A DNA stretch of 63,379 nt, counting the filler, from Craspedostauros australis (Eukaryota), in assembly GCA_030167865.1 (NCBI GenBank). It is 8 parts of 8 records of this genome, joined end to end, with 100 filler letters (N's around TTAATTAATTAA, not from the genome) between each part and the next. Parts side by side here need not be neighbours in the genome. Positions count along the whole stretch, not along the records: positions 31,520 to 47,772 come from JALAGF010001352.1; positions 47,873 to 62,178 come from JALAGF010001354.1; 6 more parts are not named here. One strand, given 5' to 3'. This document shows positions 46,116 through 58,456 of the stretch, piece after piece. The notes under the pieces are model-generated. The model saw nothing but the letters and a program-made list of their open reading frames with translations. It made no database searches and was not told the origin of the DNA. Position 1 is the first letter of the stretch, and the number at the start of each line of letters is the position of its first letter. Both the position numbers and the translations under genes were made by a program.

Positions 46116-47213
46116 CTATTCCGCATCGTACTGCTTCATGAACCCCACCATGGCCGCACCGTACGCATGCTCGTCTTCCAACATCCCGTAATGGGAACAA
46201 TCACTCAACACGTGAATCCGCTTCACGCTCAGCAGCTTCGGCCACGCATCCATGCAGATTTGCGTGCACAGATCGTGCTGCCCGCGCATCAACATGCACG
46301 GTGGCAACGTCGCGGCACTGCGTTGGGCGACGTAGGGTCCCAGCGCGTTCATGCCGCGCCACGAGATGGGTCCGGCCTGGGCGTGCGCGTCGATCAGCGC
46401 CAGCGGCCATTGATCGAGGCGACATTCGTGCCGTTGGGCGAAGGCCTGCGCGAGCGTGAGTCGGGCGTCGGTTTGTGATGCGGTGGCGGCGGGATCGATG
46501 CTCAGAGACGAGAGGCTGGCGTTGGGGTAGGATGCGGCGCGGGCATTCGCGGTGTCGTCGGTCTGCTCATCATTGTCGTCGTCGTCGTTCTCCAGGTACA
46601 CGCCCGGATTGTTCGTCCGCAGTTCCTGCAGGAGGCGCTGCGATTCCTTCTCGATGAGTTCTGTGGACGTCGGTGAGCTGGCCAGCACCAGCGAGAGGCA
46701 GCGTGGCATCGCCGTTGCATCTTCCTCTCGACCCGCCTGCCACCGCAGATACTCGTACGCCAAAATCCCGCCGAACGAATGCCCGTACAGATGATACGAC
46801 TGCATCGACAGGTTCGATTGCAAGGTCTTCAGCAGCACGTGCAGATCCTGCACGGCATCATCCAACGAGAACCGACTCCCGGCAGCGGGCCGCGGCGATC
46901 GGCCACATCCGAATTGATCGTACAGCACGATGGCGCGGTCCGTCACGCCGTTCACCAGCGGCAGCAGGTAGTTGCTGGGAATGGACGGACCGCCGTGCAG
47001 GGCGATCAGCGGCGCCGCGAACCCGGGCATGTGGATTGGGTACTTGATCGGCTTCATCTGCCGCGGGCGGAAGATCTTGTAGGCAACGCGTCCGGCGCGG
47101 CCCATTTGGCACAGCGCGCCCGTGACGCACAGCGACGGCGGCGGCCGAGGCTGCGACAAGCGGTTCTCGTGCGGTCGCTTCGTTTGTCGTGGATCCAAGT
47201 GGCCCGGGAGCAT
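46116..47213 (-). CDS. Proline iminopeptidase-like alpha/beta hydrolase (S33)
   Basis: LHGGP, YDQFGCGRS, GHSFGG nucleophile, GQHD and CSHYGMLE (catalytic Asp/His). Confidence 0.85.
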   Translation of the reverse strand: MLPGHLDPRQTKRPHENRLSQPRPPPSLCVTGALCQMGRAGRVAYKIFRPRQMKPIKYPIHMPGFAAPLIALHGGPSIPSNYLLPLVNGVTDRAIVLYDQFGCGRSPRPAAGSRFSLDDAVQDLHVLLKTLQSNLSMQSYHLYGHSFGGILAYEYLRWQAGREEDATAMPRCLSLVLASSPTSTELIEKESQRLLQELRTNNPGVYLENDDDDNDEQTDDTANARAASYPNASLSSLSIDPAATASQTDARLTLAQAFAQRHECRLDQWPLALIDAHAQAGPISWRGMNALGPYVAQRSAATLPPCMLMRGQHDLCTQICMDAWPKLLSVKRIHVLSDCSHYGMLEDEHAYGAAMVGFMKQYDAE

Positions 47214-47872
47214 GGTTGTGACGCACTTCCCTCAGGGTGTGTTATGGTGGTAGCTGCAGTAGGTATGATGGCCTGGATGGCTTGTTGGGAATCCGAGAGA
47301 CTGGGCGAAGCGCGCAATCGTTGGATTGTGAGGAGTGTTGGTGTTCGCTCGTGCCTCAAAGAGCCGGCTGTAGCCAAACAAATTGGCGATGTTTGGCGAT
47401 GTTTGGATCACAGAAACTGCTCTGTAGAATGTAGTACATTTTCTACTTAAGTCCCGAACAAAAAAAGGCCAACAACAGCATCAACCAAAGTTAAACTCTC
47501 CGGACTTAGCTCGTATGGGCCATCCTGTACTCGTATTTATATTGTAGCATAGTATATAGTTTATATATACAATCCTAAAGTTTGGTGGCCGTTTCTCTCT
47601 TGCTCGGTGAGCACTGATGTGATCTGTCAAGCACCTCCATCATTCACGAATGCGTTCAGGCATTCGAGACGTGTTTGGGCACCACAGGCACGTTTGGACT
47701 CGTCACACACATCATCTTCGCTTCCCCTCCTCACAATTTCGTTCACGAAGAATCGCCAACACCCTTGGCGAGNNNNNNNNNNNNNNNNNNNNNNNNNNNN
47801 NNNNNNNNNNNNNNNNTTAATTAATTAANNNNNNNNNNNNNNNNNNNNNNNNNNNNNNNNNNNNNNNNNNNN

Positions 47873-48406
47873 AGCCAGAACCATGGCAGCGCACAACAAG
47901 AACAGCGCTTCGGTGCCTCCAACACACAGAAGTGGATGGGCAAGTACAAGGAGCTCCTCCACTTCGTGCAGCAGCACGGACACAGCCTCGTCCCGCTCGA
48001 TTACAAGGCCAACCCATCCCTCGCCCACTGGGTGAAACGCCAACGGTGCCAGTACAAGGCCAAGGTGGCGGGCACCCATTCCACCCTCACTGCGGAACGC
48101 CAGCAGATGTTGGAGGATCTCACCTTCTGCTGGGACTCCCACCGCGCCGCATGGGAGGAGAGGTTCCGACAGCTGAACGGCTTCAAGTGCCAGTACGGCC
48201 ACTGCAACGTCCCATCGAAGTACGGTGAGAATCAGTCGCTGGCGATCTGGGTGAAGTGCCAGCGCCGTCAGTACAAGCTGCATCGCGCCGGCAAGAAGTC
48301 GAACCTGAACGATGAGCGCATCTCGAAGCTGTCGCAGATGGGTTTCGTGTGGACGCCTCGGGAGGTGAGATCGTCGCACAGCCCGGCGGCTCCGTCTGTC
48401 GTTTAA
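47873..48406 (+). CDS. Helicase-associated (HA) domain protein, 5'-truncated
   Basis: Two repeats of W...Y/F..L..F....GH..VP..Y..N.SLA.WVK.QR.QY...ER...L..L/M.F.W. Confidence 0.9.
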   Translation, partial: SQNHGSAQQEQRFGASNTQKWMGKYKELLHFVQQHGHSLVPLDYKANPSLAHWVKRQRCQYKAKVAGTHSTLTAERQQMLEDLTFCWDSHRAAWEERFRQLNGFKCQYGHCNVPSKYGENQSLAIWVKCQRRQYKLHRAGKKSNLNDERISKLSQMGFVWTPREVRSSHSPAAPSVV

Positions 48407-49054
48407 CTTTTTCTTTCTATAATATATACGTACAGTAGAGGATAAACACCGATTCTAGAGAGGGAGACCGTAACGTTGATTTTGGAACAACAATTGCAGA
48501 GAAGTTGTGATTGGCCTCTCTTTTGGTGGAGGGAGGCGTGCTGCGTCGGTGACGATGAGCCGAGTGCAGCATTTCTACTCTAGAGCGAAGTCTATGTGAA
48601 TGCGGAACAGTCTACGATGTGACTCATTGGAATGTATGCGTATATGACCACTTGGACCGATGTGAGAAAGGACACAATGACCGACGATGGGTGCAATGAC
48701 TTGCGCCAAAACGCGGGCTTCGCACCCACGTCGGAGGGTGGATCTGGAGAGGTGCGAAGAAGACGATGGTGGCGGTGGTGGTGATGATGGTGACGACAAG
48801 ACCAACAAAAGCCGACCGAAGCGAGGACACCAACAAGAGCTCCAGCAAGACGACTCGCGACAGTATCGCAAGCGTTGGCACTACACGCACTCCGCACTGA
48901 ACCAAAGCAAAGCAAAGCAAAGCAAATTGAGAGCAGACCAAAGTCAAGACGACAGAGACGAAGGAGAAGGATCTGGAGCAGGGCATCGTACTCTACTCCA
49001 ATATAAGATCCAGCAAGAAAGATAGGAACCCAGGAGACATCCTGCGATAGCTGA

Positions 49055-50680
49055 ATGAGCTCGAATCCTTACGAATACTCCATCGACGGTTGGGACGCAT
49101 CAGACGAATCAGACGCACCAAGTCCGCCAGACGCCAACAACGAAGAACGGTCATCCAAGGTTGCTTCTACACTTGCACCAGCATCTTCATCTTCAGTTGC
49201 TGCAGCATCCACCGCTCCGGCCAAAACACCAATCTTGGCAGGCACCAAAACAGCTGAAGAAGCTTCGCCTGTGACTCCTTCCTTCTCGTACTTGCCTCCA
49301 ACACCGACAAACACGACAACAGCAAACATGGAAGAAACTGCGCGCCAACACTACATCATCGGAGACAACCTCCGCCACAAGGGATTCTACGACGACTCCA
49401 TCGTGGAGTTCCAAAAGTCGCTGGACATCCGCTCACGGCTGCTGGGAGAATGGCACCTGGAGACCGGCAAGACGTACTACGCCTTGGGGCTGTCCCAGCG
49501 AGCCCTGAAGGACTACCCGGCCGCTCTGCTGCACCTCACCAAGGCCGCGCAGACCCTGGAGCACGACGACAACATCGCCAGCGACGCCAAGGTCGATGAG
49601 AACCGCAAGGCCATGCTCGTGCAGGTGCAGTGCAACATCGCCCGCACGCACCACACCCAGGCGGTGGACCTGCAGCGCGTCGGTCGCTACGACGCCTCCA
49701 TCCAGGAGCACCGCAAGGCCCTCAGGATACGGGAGATCCACCTGGGCGAGGACCACCTGGAGTCGGCGCGCACCTACTACTGCATGGGCTGCGCCCTCTC
49801 GGACCGCGGCGACTTCGAGGAGGCCATCGCCGAGCTCAGGCGCGCGCTGCGCGTCAGGTATCAGGTCTTCGGCCCCGACCATCTAGACACCGTCGAGGTC
49901 GTCGACAACATCGGCATCGTCCTCACGGCCAAGGGCATGGACCTGCAGGACATCGAGGAGTACAAGCAGCTCCTGCCCACCATATTACAGACGGAGATGG
50001 AGGGCGACGAGTTCCAGACCAAGGCCCAGCACGAGAAGGACGACAAGCTCAGGGTCGAGCACTTCGAGGTCGCCATGACCAACTACAAGTCCGCCCTCAA
50101 CCTGGAGCAGCAGCTGCTCGGCGATCTGCACCCGGCCGTCTGCAACCTGCACCTCAAGATCGCCGACTGCCTCGGCAACATCAACCGGGTCGAGCAGTCC
50201 CTCGACGAGTACCGGTCCGTCATTGCCATCTACGAGGAGCTCCTCGGCAAGTTCCACGTCAAGGTCGCCGTCATCTACGGCAAGCTAGGCACCCTCCTCC
50301 TCACCAAGGGCGAGTACGAGACCGCCCTCTCCTTCTTCGCCAAGTCATACGGCATCTACGACTCCACCCTCGGCAACCACCCCGACACCATCCAGGCCCT
50401 CATGAACGTGCGCGAAGCCGCCGAGAAGGAGCGCGGCGCCATGAACAGCATGGACATCCTCAAGCGCGCCGAGCGCCAGAAGAAGGAGGCCGTCAAGATC
50501 GGCGTTCTTCGCACGCAGGTCCCCACCCCGCCCACGTCGCCCACCAAGAGACGAAACCGCCGTCGCAACCGCAAGAGCAAGGGCAAGAATGGCGGTGCCG
50601 ATGATTCCGCGGACAATGACAAGAAGTCCGGCATCGGCAGCGCCGAAATCACGCCGGTGGAAGTAGAGGATATTATCTAA
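49055..50680 (+). CDS. Kinesin-light-chain-like TPR protein
   Basis: Several ~42-aa repeats such as ALRIREIHLGEDHLESARTYYCMG. Confidence 0.9.
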   Translation: MSSNPYEYSIDGWDASDESDAPSPPDANNEERSSKVASTLAPASSSSVAAASTAPAKTPILAGTKTAEEASPVTPSFSYLPPTPTNTTTANMEETARQHYIIGDNLRHKGFYDDSIVEFQKSLDIRSRLLGEWHLETGKTYYALGLSQRALKDYPAALLHLTKAAQTLEHDDNIASDAKVDENRKAMLVQVQCNIARTHHTQAVDLQRVGRYDASIQEHRKALRIREIHLGEDHLESARTYYCMGCALSDRGDFEEAIAELRRALRVRYQVFGPDHLDTVEVVDNIGIVLTAKGMDLQDIEEYKQLLPTILQTEMEGDEFQTKAQHEKDDKLRVEHFEVAMTNYKSALNLEQQLLGDLHPAVCNLHLKIADCLGNINRVEQSLDEYRSVIAIYEELLGKFHVKVAVIYGKLGTLLLTKGEYETALSFFAKSYGIYDSTLGNHPDTIQALMNVREAAEKERGAMNSMDILKRAERQKKEAVKIGVLRTQVPTPPTSPTKRRNRRRNRKSKGKNGGADDSADNDKKSGIGSAEITPVEVEDII

Positions 50681-51121
50681 ATCAAGGCAAGACAACGCAA
50701 TGTAACGAAATTCAATGCATGGGGAGGGAAGCGCCAGCGAACCATCTTCGTGTCGCAGCACGCACACACATACATGCACACACAAGCATTGATGCATGGA
50801 CGCACAGATCAGCACATAGTACAAGCATAACGTGGCTTGTTCGCATAACGTGGCTTGTTCGCACAACGAGTAGTATCAACGTCAGATGTTATCACCGTCC
50901 TCGTATCAAATTGCGGTCCTCCACTCTATTATATTAGCGCACTGCAATCGACAGAACAAAGGTTTCGACTACAGTGTGATTACGGTGTTGTGGCAGGAGC
51001 GCACAATGGCAGTGCAGTATGTCGCGCACATGTCAAATGCCACAGAGACCTGTTCCCGACCTGCGCCATTACGTGCGAGCTAGTCCGCGCATGGCAGAGT
51101 CACGACACACCCTGCGCAGAG

Positions 51122-53092
51122 CTACAAGTCGTCCTCGTCATCATCGTCCGCACCAACGAGAAGGACTTGACGCCGTCCTGCACGCGTCACAAACCACAGT
51201 CCGCTGTTGGGCTGCACCGCGCATTCCAGAACCACCTCACGCACCGTCATGCGGGGATCGTCACAGGATATTCCAACCACTGACCACTGCGTTGTCGTGT
51301 TGCAACAATCATCCACCATGCTGCGCGTGGGACATTGCATGGCCCACAGATGATTGTCGCAGTAGGCAATGTCCACGATGGAGCTACGTGGCGTTGGAGA
51401 TTGCCAATACGCCTGCGCTGCCGTTTCGAAATCCCAATCAAACTTTCCATTGCGATCGCGCGCCACTTTGCGAGGAATGAGCCGCAGGGAGAGTACGCCG
51501 CGTGGTCCCGCCGCCATCCATAGGTTCGTCTGTTGGCACGCATACGCAACTGGAGCATCCTCGAAGGTGCAGCTGCTGGTCGGATCACAAGCCCAAGCAT
51601 GCCATTGACTGCAACTATCATTGCGCGCGCTCGTACTAGTAGTGTACGTGCACGGATAGGCATTCACGAATTCACACCAGAGATGTCCCGGGAAATGCAG
51701 TGGAGTGGAACATTCCCGATTCGCGGCTACGGCGTATGGAATCCCAACTCCAGTGTCGTCGTCCAATGGGATGTAGTGGACTTGTTGTCCCGATCCAGAT
51801 GATGTGCTGAAGGTGCTCACCAGGATCAGGGCTGTCGTCGTCTCGGATTCCGTGGTGGCACGAGAACGGGGCGGCTGCATCGTCCCTTGTTGTTGTGGTG
51901 AGATGGACGATTCTTGCATGACAGTCTTGGTGGTCTGCAAGATCTTGGCATCGATGTACCGTCCGTTGATCAAACCAGGCAGTTCCCATTGTTGTATATG
52001 CTGCACAACCACAGCATCGTCGCGGGAGTTGGGCAGGATGAGTCGGAACGTATCTGCGTAAAATGGACACATGCAGTCATCGATGGCGATGCAGTTGAGC
52101 TCCTTGGGCTTTTCCGTGCCCTTCTCATGATGCGCCATGGCAGAAGCCGCGTCGACTTCATAAAACACGAACATGTCGTAGTTGGGCGTCTTGTTCCTGC
52201 CATCTTGTGGCGACTGAAAGACGTGCCATGTCCCGTTGATCTCCATCAGGATGGATGAGAAGTAATCCAGCGATGGGAGTGTCGGGGATGGCGTTGATAG
52301 CATCGATGGCGCAATTGGCGGCGGCAACCACAACAAGGCAAGACAGGTCACGCCCTGGAATGTTGAAAAGGCAGTGACTTGGCATGTGTGCTGCGACAGA
52401 TGAGTTGGATCGACGGTGGAAGGCACCGTGGCCCAGAGTGGGATGGTTGACTCCGTCGCAGTCCAGCCTTGTACCGCTTCGTTGCCATTCGTGTTGGGAT
52501 GGAGCAAGTATTTGTTCAGTGCAGAACGGAATCGTGTGGAACCGTCGTCCGTCATGGCTTGGATTGGCACCGTGCTTTGATTGGCACTTGCGGTGCTGGC
52601 GCGGAATGAGTTTGGAGAGATCATGGACACAGACTGGGTCGTTGTGCTCGAAGACGCTGATGTCTTAGGTCGGAGACTTTGAAGCACTCTGCTCGAATCA
52701 TCGTAGGTCGCAAACATGGATGTATACGGCTGCGCCGCTTGCTGTTGCTGCGGCGTTGCATCGGATTGGCTTCCGCTGCCATCGTCCATCATCATCATGC
52801 TGCTTGCGTCGACTTTCAGCGGAACGGAGGGAATCTGAAATGCGAGATCCCCGCGAACGCGAACCTGGCTGTGACCCACGCCAGTGGCAGGAACAGCGTG
52901 ATTCGCAGCGAGCGGACAGAACTGCTGGCAGAAGCTCTGGCCCTGTGATGTGTCGCCATCTGTGTTCGGCATCGGACAGCAACATCCAACGATGACGTGA
53001 CTCTGCGCAGCAGGCCTCATCGTGAGTGGAGCTTCGCCGCGTCCCACCTGCGCAAGATCGATCTGCTGACTGCTCATCCTTGCTGCCTCCAA
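51122..53092 (-). CDS. Hypothetical protein (656 aa)
   Basis: Long ATG-initiated ORF; no domain recognised. Confidence 0.55.
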   Translation of the reverse strand: MEAARMSSQQIDLAQVGRGEAPLTMRPAAQSHVIVGCCCPMPNTDGDTSQGQSFCQQFCPLAANHAVPATGVGHSQVRVRGDLAFQIPSVPLKVDASSMMMMDDGSGSQSDATPQQQQAAQPYTSMFATYDDSSRVLQSLRPKTSASSSTTTQSVSMISPNSFRASTASANQSTVPIQAMTDDGSTRFRSALNKYLLHPNTNGNEAVQGWTATESTIPLWATVPSTVDPTHLSQHTCQVTAFSTFQGVTCLALLWLPPPIAPSMLSTPSPTLPSLDYFSSILMEINGTWHVFQSPQDGRNKTPNYDMFVFYEVDAASAMAHHEKGTEKPKELNCIAIDDCMCPFYADTFRLILPNSRDDAVVVQHIQQWELPGLINGRYIDAKILQTTKTVMQESSISPQQQGTMQPPRSRATTESETTTALILVSTFSTSSGSGQQVHYIPLDDDTGVGIPYAVAANRECSTPLHFPGHLWCEFVNAYPCTYTTSTSARNDSCSQWHAWACDPTSSCTFEDAPVAYACQQTNLWMAAGPRGVLSLRLIPRKVARDRNGKFDWDFETAAQAYWQSPTPRSSIVDIAYCDNHLWAMQCPTRSMVDDCCNTTTQWSVVGISCDDPRMTVREVVLECAVQPNSGLWFVTRAGRRQVLLVGADDDDEDDL

Positions 53093-53778
53093 TGATAGTG
53101 GCCAGCCTCTCGCTTTTACGTCGCATTGAATTGCACTACATTACATTGCTTCACTATGTGTCGCCTATGAGCTGTTATATTATATGTGCTGTCCGTCGCT
53201 TGCCTGGATTCTGTGGAGGGTCGCGTCGATGTGTCCTTGTTTCCACAGAAGCTCCTCTGCCTTGCTTTCCCAGCGTTGATGCGTTCTTGATGGAAGCCGA
53301 AACGTGGATACGCTGAACCGTGAAGTTGTCAAATCGTGTTTGCGAGTTGCACGATTGAATCATGTGTTAGTCCTTCCAAAGAGTTGCGGATAATTCAAAT
53401 TATGCATATTAAATGGTTCGGATTCGTTCTCTTCGGCAAGAAGAGCATCTGTGCACAGATCTGTCAGACAAGATGAGAAAGCTTTTCAGATAAATAGTGG
53501 AAGCCAAAAAACGGACCTCATTTGTGGTGTATTTCTGCGTACGTGTGTGTAGCATAGGTACCGCAAGAGGAAACGCTGGATTTGGACACCCGCCACTTTG
53601 TTTGGCGCTTCGATTGACTCTGGGAACGTCGGCATGGTGAGTAAAACTTACAGGCGTTTCATCGCGTTGCTCTGGCGCGCAGCGTACGCAATTGCGCACA
53701 AGTCAGCCAAGAAAGAAGACACAAAGGACGAGCAGAGGCGATCGCCAAGGAGAATGGAAGAGAGACAACCAAGTCATC

Positions 53779-56700
53779 ATGGACGGCCCAAGTAACGACA
53801 ACGGAAATAGCAGAAACAACGGCATGGATTGGGATGCCGCACAAAATGCTGCCGCTGGCAACATGCTCCGACGACGTAGATCTTCGTTGACTGCGCAGCA
53901 GATCCTGATGCTGGTGGGAGACGCATCGATGGACGACACCAACACGAGTACCGCCGGCGATGCCGATGCCAGTGTTGGACGCGCGGAAGAAAGTGCCGAG
54001 CTGGCTGTGGAAGATCCTGTGAGGGATCCTGCCGAAGGCCATGTCGGAGACACCACTGACGGGATGGGCCAGGAGGCACTTGTGGAGAATGGCGAAGCAT
54101 CCAACAAACAGCAGCAAGAACAGCAGCAAGAGCAACAGCTAGCTGAAGAAGACGCATCACCCACAACGCCAGCCATCGCGCAACCTTCATGGTCGGTTCC
54201 CACGCCTGGAACTGTCCGCATCGCCTCCACAGCCAACGGAACGATCATTTCTGAAGCGCAGGTGAATTCACCAACCGACAACCCCACATCAATGTCTGCG
54301 CCTGGCATGTCTTCCTCCTCGATTCCTCTGCAGACAAAGGTGAGCATCTCAGACTTCGACTTTACATTGAGCTTGATCTTGATCTCGACCTTCATCATTC
54401 CAGTGTCGTGCTCCCTTCACGCAGCTTGTTCTTGCGCTCACAACTCAACCAAATGCAATACCATGCAGTGCTATGTTTTGCTCACAATTGTCCACCCAAC
54501 GAATACGTACTTGTGGGTCGATGCTCTAATGATACAAAAATTAAATTGTACTACATTACATTATATTATGCCATTATACTGCGCAACACCTCCCCTTGTG
54601 TACATGAGCAGGGGTCAAAGGATGATGCGGAAGCCGCAAGCGCGAACGCGACCGAGACTCACGATGGAAATGACAAGTTGGCCAAGGAAGGCTATGCGCC
54701 TGCTTCTCTCAAATCCAAGAATGGGGACAAGGAAGACGACAAGTTCGCGACCGCTGGCGTCCAAGGGATCGGCGCAGCTAACGCCGGAAGCAGCTATGTG
54801 CGGATTCACCGCACAAGCGATATTGAGAATCAGCCTGGTGGCATGGCTCCCAACCCCAATCTCCGAGCCTCCTCCGCTGCAATTTCCGCAGCCGACACAT
54901 CGTTTCTTATGGGCCTAATCACGACGACGTCGGATGAGAATGACGCTGATGAAAGCAGCATCGCCACCGGCAGCCAACCTGTGGACGATGCTTCTAGCAC
55001 GGTCGTTGGGGCCGTCCGCATGCCCGGCAGCAACAACAATGACAACACAGTGGCGACCGTCCAGGGCCATGTCGTTGCTGAGCCTGTCGAGTCGGAACAA
55101 GAAATCCGCGATGCCGTGCGACAGGAGATGATGCAAGAGTACCAGCAGCGATTGGATGCGGAGCTGCGGCAACGGACGCAACCCTCGTCGCAATCACCCG
55201 GAGACGGCATCGCGGTCGCGGAGGAAATGGAGGGCCTGCGTCACAACCACAACATCAGCGCAGGGGGCACTAACAGCAATCGTAACAGTATCGACCGTAA
55301 TGGTGACATTGAAAACAACAACAACAACCACAACAACAACGGCGGCGGCGGCAGCGATCAGGAGCTTGGTCGAGTTCCGCCAGAAGATATTCCCCTCCAC
55401 GTAGATGGCGGCGGTGACGGCAAGCCCAATCCAGGTCCAGCCACGAATCCCAGACGCACGTGGAAGATTGCCGCAGCTGTACTCGCGCTAATCCTTGTGG
55501 GCCTCTGCATCGTTGTCGTGTTTGTTCTACGATCGAACGGAGATGATGACTCGGGCAACAGCCAGGACGCACTTGGGGAAAACGATTCTACGTCAATGCC
55601 AACCGCATCGCCGAGCACGGGGGAGGACAGGACGGGACAGCCGACTGCTCAGCCAACCGCACAACCAACCGCAGTCCCCACGACGTTCGACCAGACCCCA
55701 AACTTCTTTGCTCTGTTAGATATACTGGGACCGAAGCTGCAAGGCACTCCCACCTTCACCGACGCGGTAACGTTCCGAGACCGTGACAGCGTGCAATACA
55801 AAGCCTTGGATTGGATGGCGAATGACGATCTGTGGACACAGAATGCGCTCGAGAACCCAACGGATCCTCTCATACCACGGCAGCTGCTCGAACGGTACAG
55901 TTTGACAATCGTGTACGATACCATGGGCGGCATCAACTGGGGGCTTCAAATGGCCTTCAAAACACAGGTTGGCGTTTGCGGGTGGGTTGACCTCGTTTAC
56001 GACGTGGGGGCGTACTGCGGCGCAACCGACGTAGTCACGCGCCTTGCACTGTACAACCTCAACATGCAAGGTTCCATACCTCCAGAGCTGTTCCATTTGG
56101 ATTTGGCAGTGCTGGACTTGGGAAAGAACCCGCTCCTCACTGGGCAACTGCCAAGCGAGATTTACAGCATGTCAAGACTCAACGCGCTGTTCATTCTGGA
56201 CACTGCGCTGAGCGGTACGATTCCGACCGAGATTGGCGATTTGCGCAACCTCAGGATCTTGTCGGTGCGGAACTCCAAGTTAAGGGGTGAGTTGCCCTCC
56301 GAAATCGGCAGGCTGGCGCAGCTCACTACGCTCGAGATCCAGCAGAATCGGCTGGCGGGGTCGCTGCCGACTGAGCTGGGCAATCTCTCGAAGCTCCGCT
56401 TGTTTTCCTTGTTCAAGAATCGATTTGTGGGACAAGTGCCAACCGGGTTAGCCAACTTGAAGGCACTGGAAGTGCTTGAATTTCCATTCAACTTCTTAAC
56501 GGGCGATGTGGACCCACTCTTCTGCGCAAACGCACCCACCTTCCCCAATCGAGCGGCATTGTGGAGCGATTGTCGCTGGCCGGAAAGTGGGATGCTGCCA
56601 CGCACGGTTTGCTCCTGCTGCACTGGATGCTGCGACGGGATCGCTTGCACAGAGCCGGCGCCGCAGCCGCCGGAATGTCAGGGCAACTGCGTGGCTTGTG

Positions 56701-56897
56701 CTCTTGGTGTGTACGCGCCGAGCTGTGAGCAGTGCCCGTACGTCGAGAGAGCGAATTTGAGTGAGGTGATCCCTTGGGCGCCTGACCTTAGCATCACGGA
56801 TTCTATGTTTCAAATCTGCGAGCTCACGTGCCTCGTAAATGCGACAACCAACATGTGCGAAAGGAGGACGCGGTTTGGGTTGGACATCTTTCCATGA
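53779..56897 (+). CDS. Type-II single-pass LRR receptor-like protein; exons 53779-54339 and 54612-56897
   Basis: Phase-0 GT-AG intron; TM IAAAVLALILVGLCIVVVFVL; PTAQP stalk; QYKALDWM...ERYSL cap; plant-type LxGxIPxEIGxL LRRs; Cys-rich C-terminus (CSCCTGCC). Confidence 0.88.
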
Positions 56898-57214
56898 ACT
56901 CTGGCTCGTGGAGTCACGAGGAAATGCAATGCATAGTGGTATGGTACGTTGGCGACGATTGCAGGTGGGTGGACGTTCTGTAACATGATGCGCACTCCCA
57001 ATCTTCTGGAATTCGACCGACCAAACACGGTCTTTTGTTCCTTCATCGGAATTGCAGCGGGGTGATCTGATGCCTTCATGAGGTCGAAGAGAAAAGACAG
57101 CACGATCATATCACTTAGAGAACCGCCAACGCCAATCACATCACAGCGAACGCAAGGACGCCTCGACCATTACGAATGCGAACCATTCAGCGCACTTGTT
57201 CCTGTTGCGCTGAA

Positions 57215-57272
57215 CCTGAGCTGGATTCCATGAGTCTCTCTCCGGAGAGAGACTCATGGAATCCAGCTCAGG
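57215..57272. repeat. Perfect 58-bp spacerless palindrome
   Basis: CCTGAGCTGGATTCCATGAGTCTCTCTCC|GGAGAGAGACTCATGGAATCCAGCTCAGG. Confidence 0.95.
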
Positions 57273-57815
57273 CGGTGTGTCCCAATAGCTCGTGCTCGGA
57301 CAAAATGAAGGGTGGCACAGCAGTGAAGGAATCGCGGGCTTCAAAGATTCGTCAGGGGAAGTCGCGAACAAACAACGCTGCTCCGCCAAAGCATGCAGGC
57401 ACAAATTTGGCACGATTGGTGCTGGGAGGCGCGGTAATCCATTTGAGTGGGGCATTACAAAGGACCTTTTTCGTCACAAAACGGTGTTCTTCACCTTTTT
57501 TCTAAAAATTTTAAATCGCAATTCCGCATGCTTTCGGACGCGCCAAGTTTTGCGATGCGATCGTCGCTGATGTGCCGACGCTTCGGTGATTGTCTCGCTC
57601 ACAATTTTTTGTGTTTTGCCCACGACATCACGGGGTGCGCTTCTTCCTGCGTCGTTCCTTGTCTCTCCGCCATTGACGTTGGAATGGTCGTCTGCGGCAT
57701 CTGCTGCCTTCGGCCTCTCCGGTCTGTACTAACACTGACACATCACCATTGTTGCTTGGTGCTAAAACAACACACCACCACTCCTCCACAGTACAGTTGT
57801 TGTCGCTGTTGGACT

Positions 57816-57853
57816 TCGCCTCGTTGTCGCCTCGTTGTCGCCTCGTTGTCGCC
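57816..57853. repeat. 11-bp tandem repeat (TCGCCTCGTTG) x3
   Basis: Directly visible. Confidence 0.8.
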
Positions 57854-58456
57854 TGCACGTAGGCACAAGACGTGCGCTGGTGTGCTGGACTGCGCGGAAG
57901 CACAAGACGGGGGCTGGTGTGCCGTGGTTTTTCGTCGTGATTCCTGCAGCTGTTTCGTCTGTTCTCCCGTTCATCGACCTTGGCCTTTTCACTCTGCGCG
58001 ATCGCACAGCGATTCGTCCGTGTTTCTGTTGTTGCCGTCCTCCCATTGACGGCCGATCTTCCTTCGCGCTCCATCGCTTCCATTACACGAAAGCACAACA
58101 GAGACACAGCCAACGCAACAGTCCAACAATGTTCGTGCCTTCTCGGCACCTGCTGTTTCCTCCGTTGATCGCGCCTCCCGGAAATTGTTGTTACGCCCCA
58201 AATTTGATGCCAACACGCGCAAATAACCCACTTACGTGCACTGGTTGTGTGTTCCATGAAGTTTTGCCTGTTACCATCACACAACACTGGTGGTCGAGAT
58301 ACAACTTCATCGATCAGGCTAATAGTAGTACACTCCTCGGCCACATTCGTTTGGCCCTGCGGCGTATCAATCGCGGACACGGTGGCAGAGACGTTTAATT
58401 GTTAGAGCAACGTCTTCAATACGAAACGTGTGTTTACTTTAAATGAAATATGCAGT

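Noticed and set aside
49630..50604. Long alternative-frame and antisense ORFs over the TPR, RING, DUF6824 and SPRY genes
   Set aside because: Expected shadow ORFs from high GC3 codon bias.
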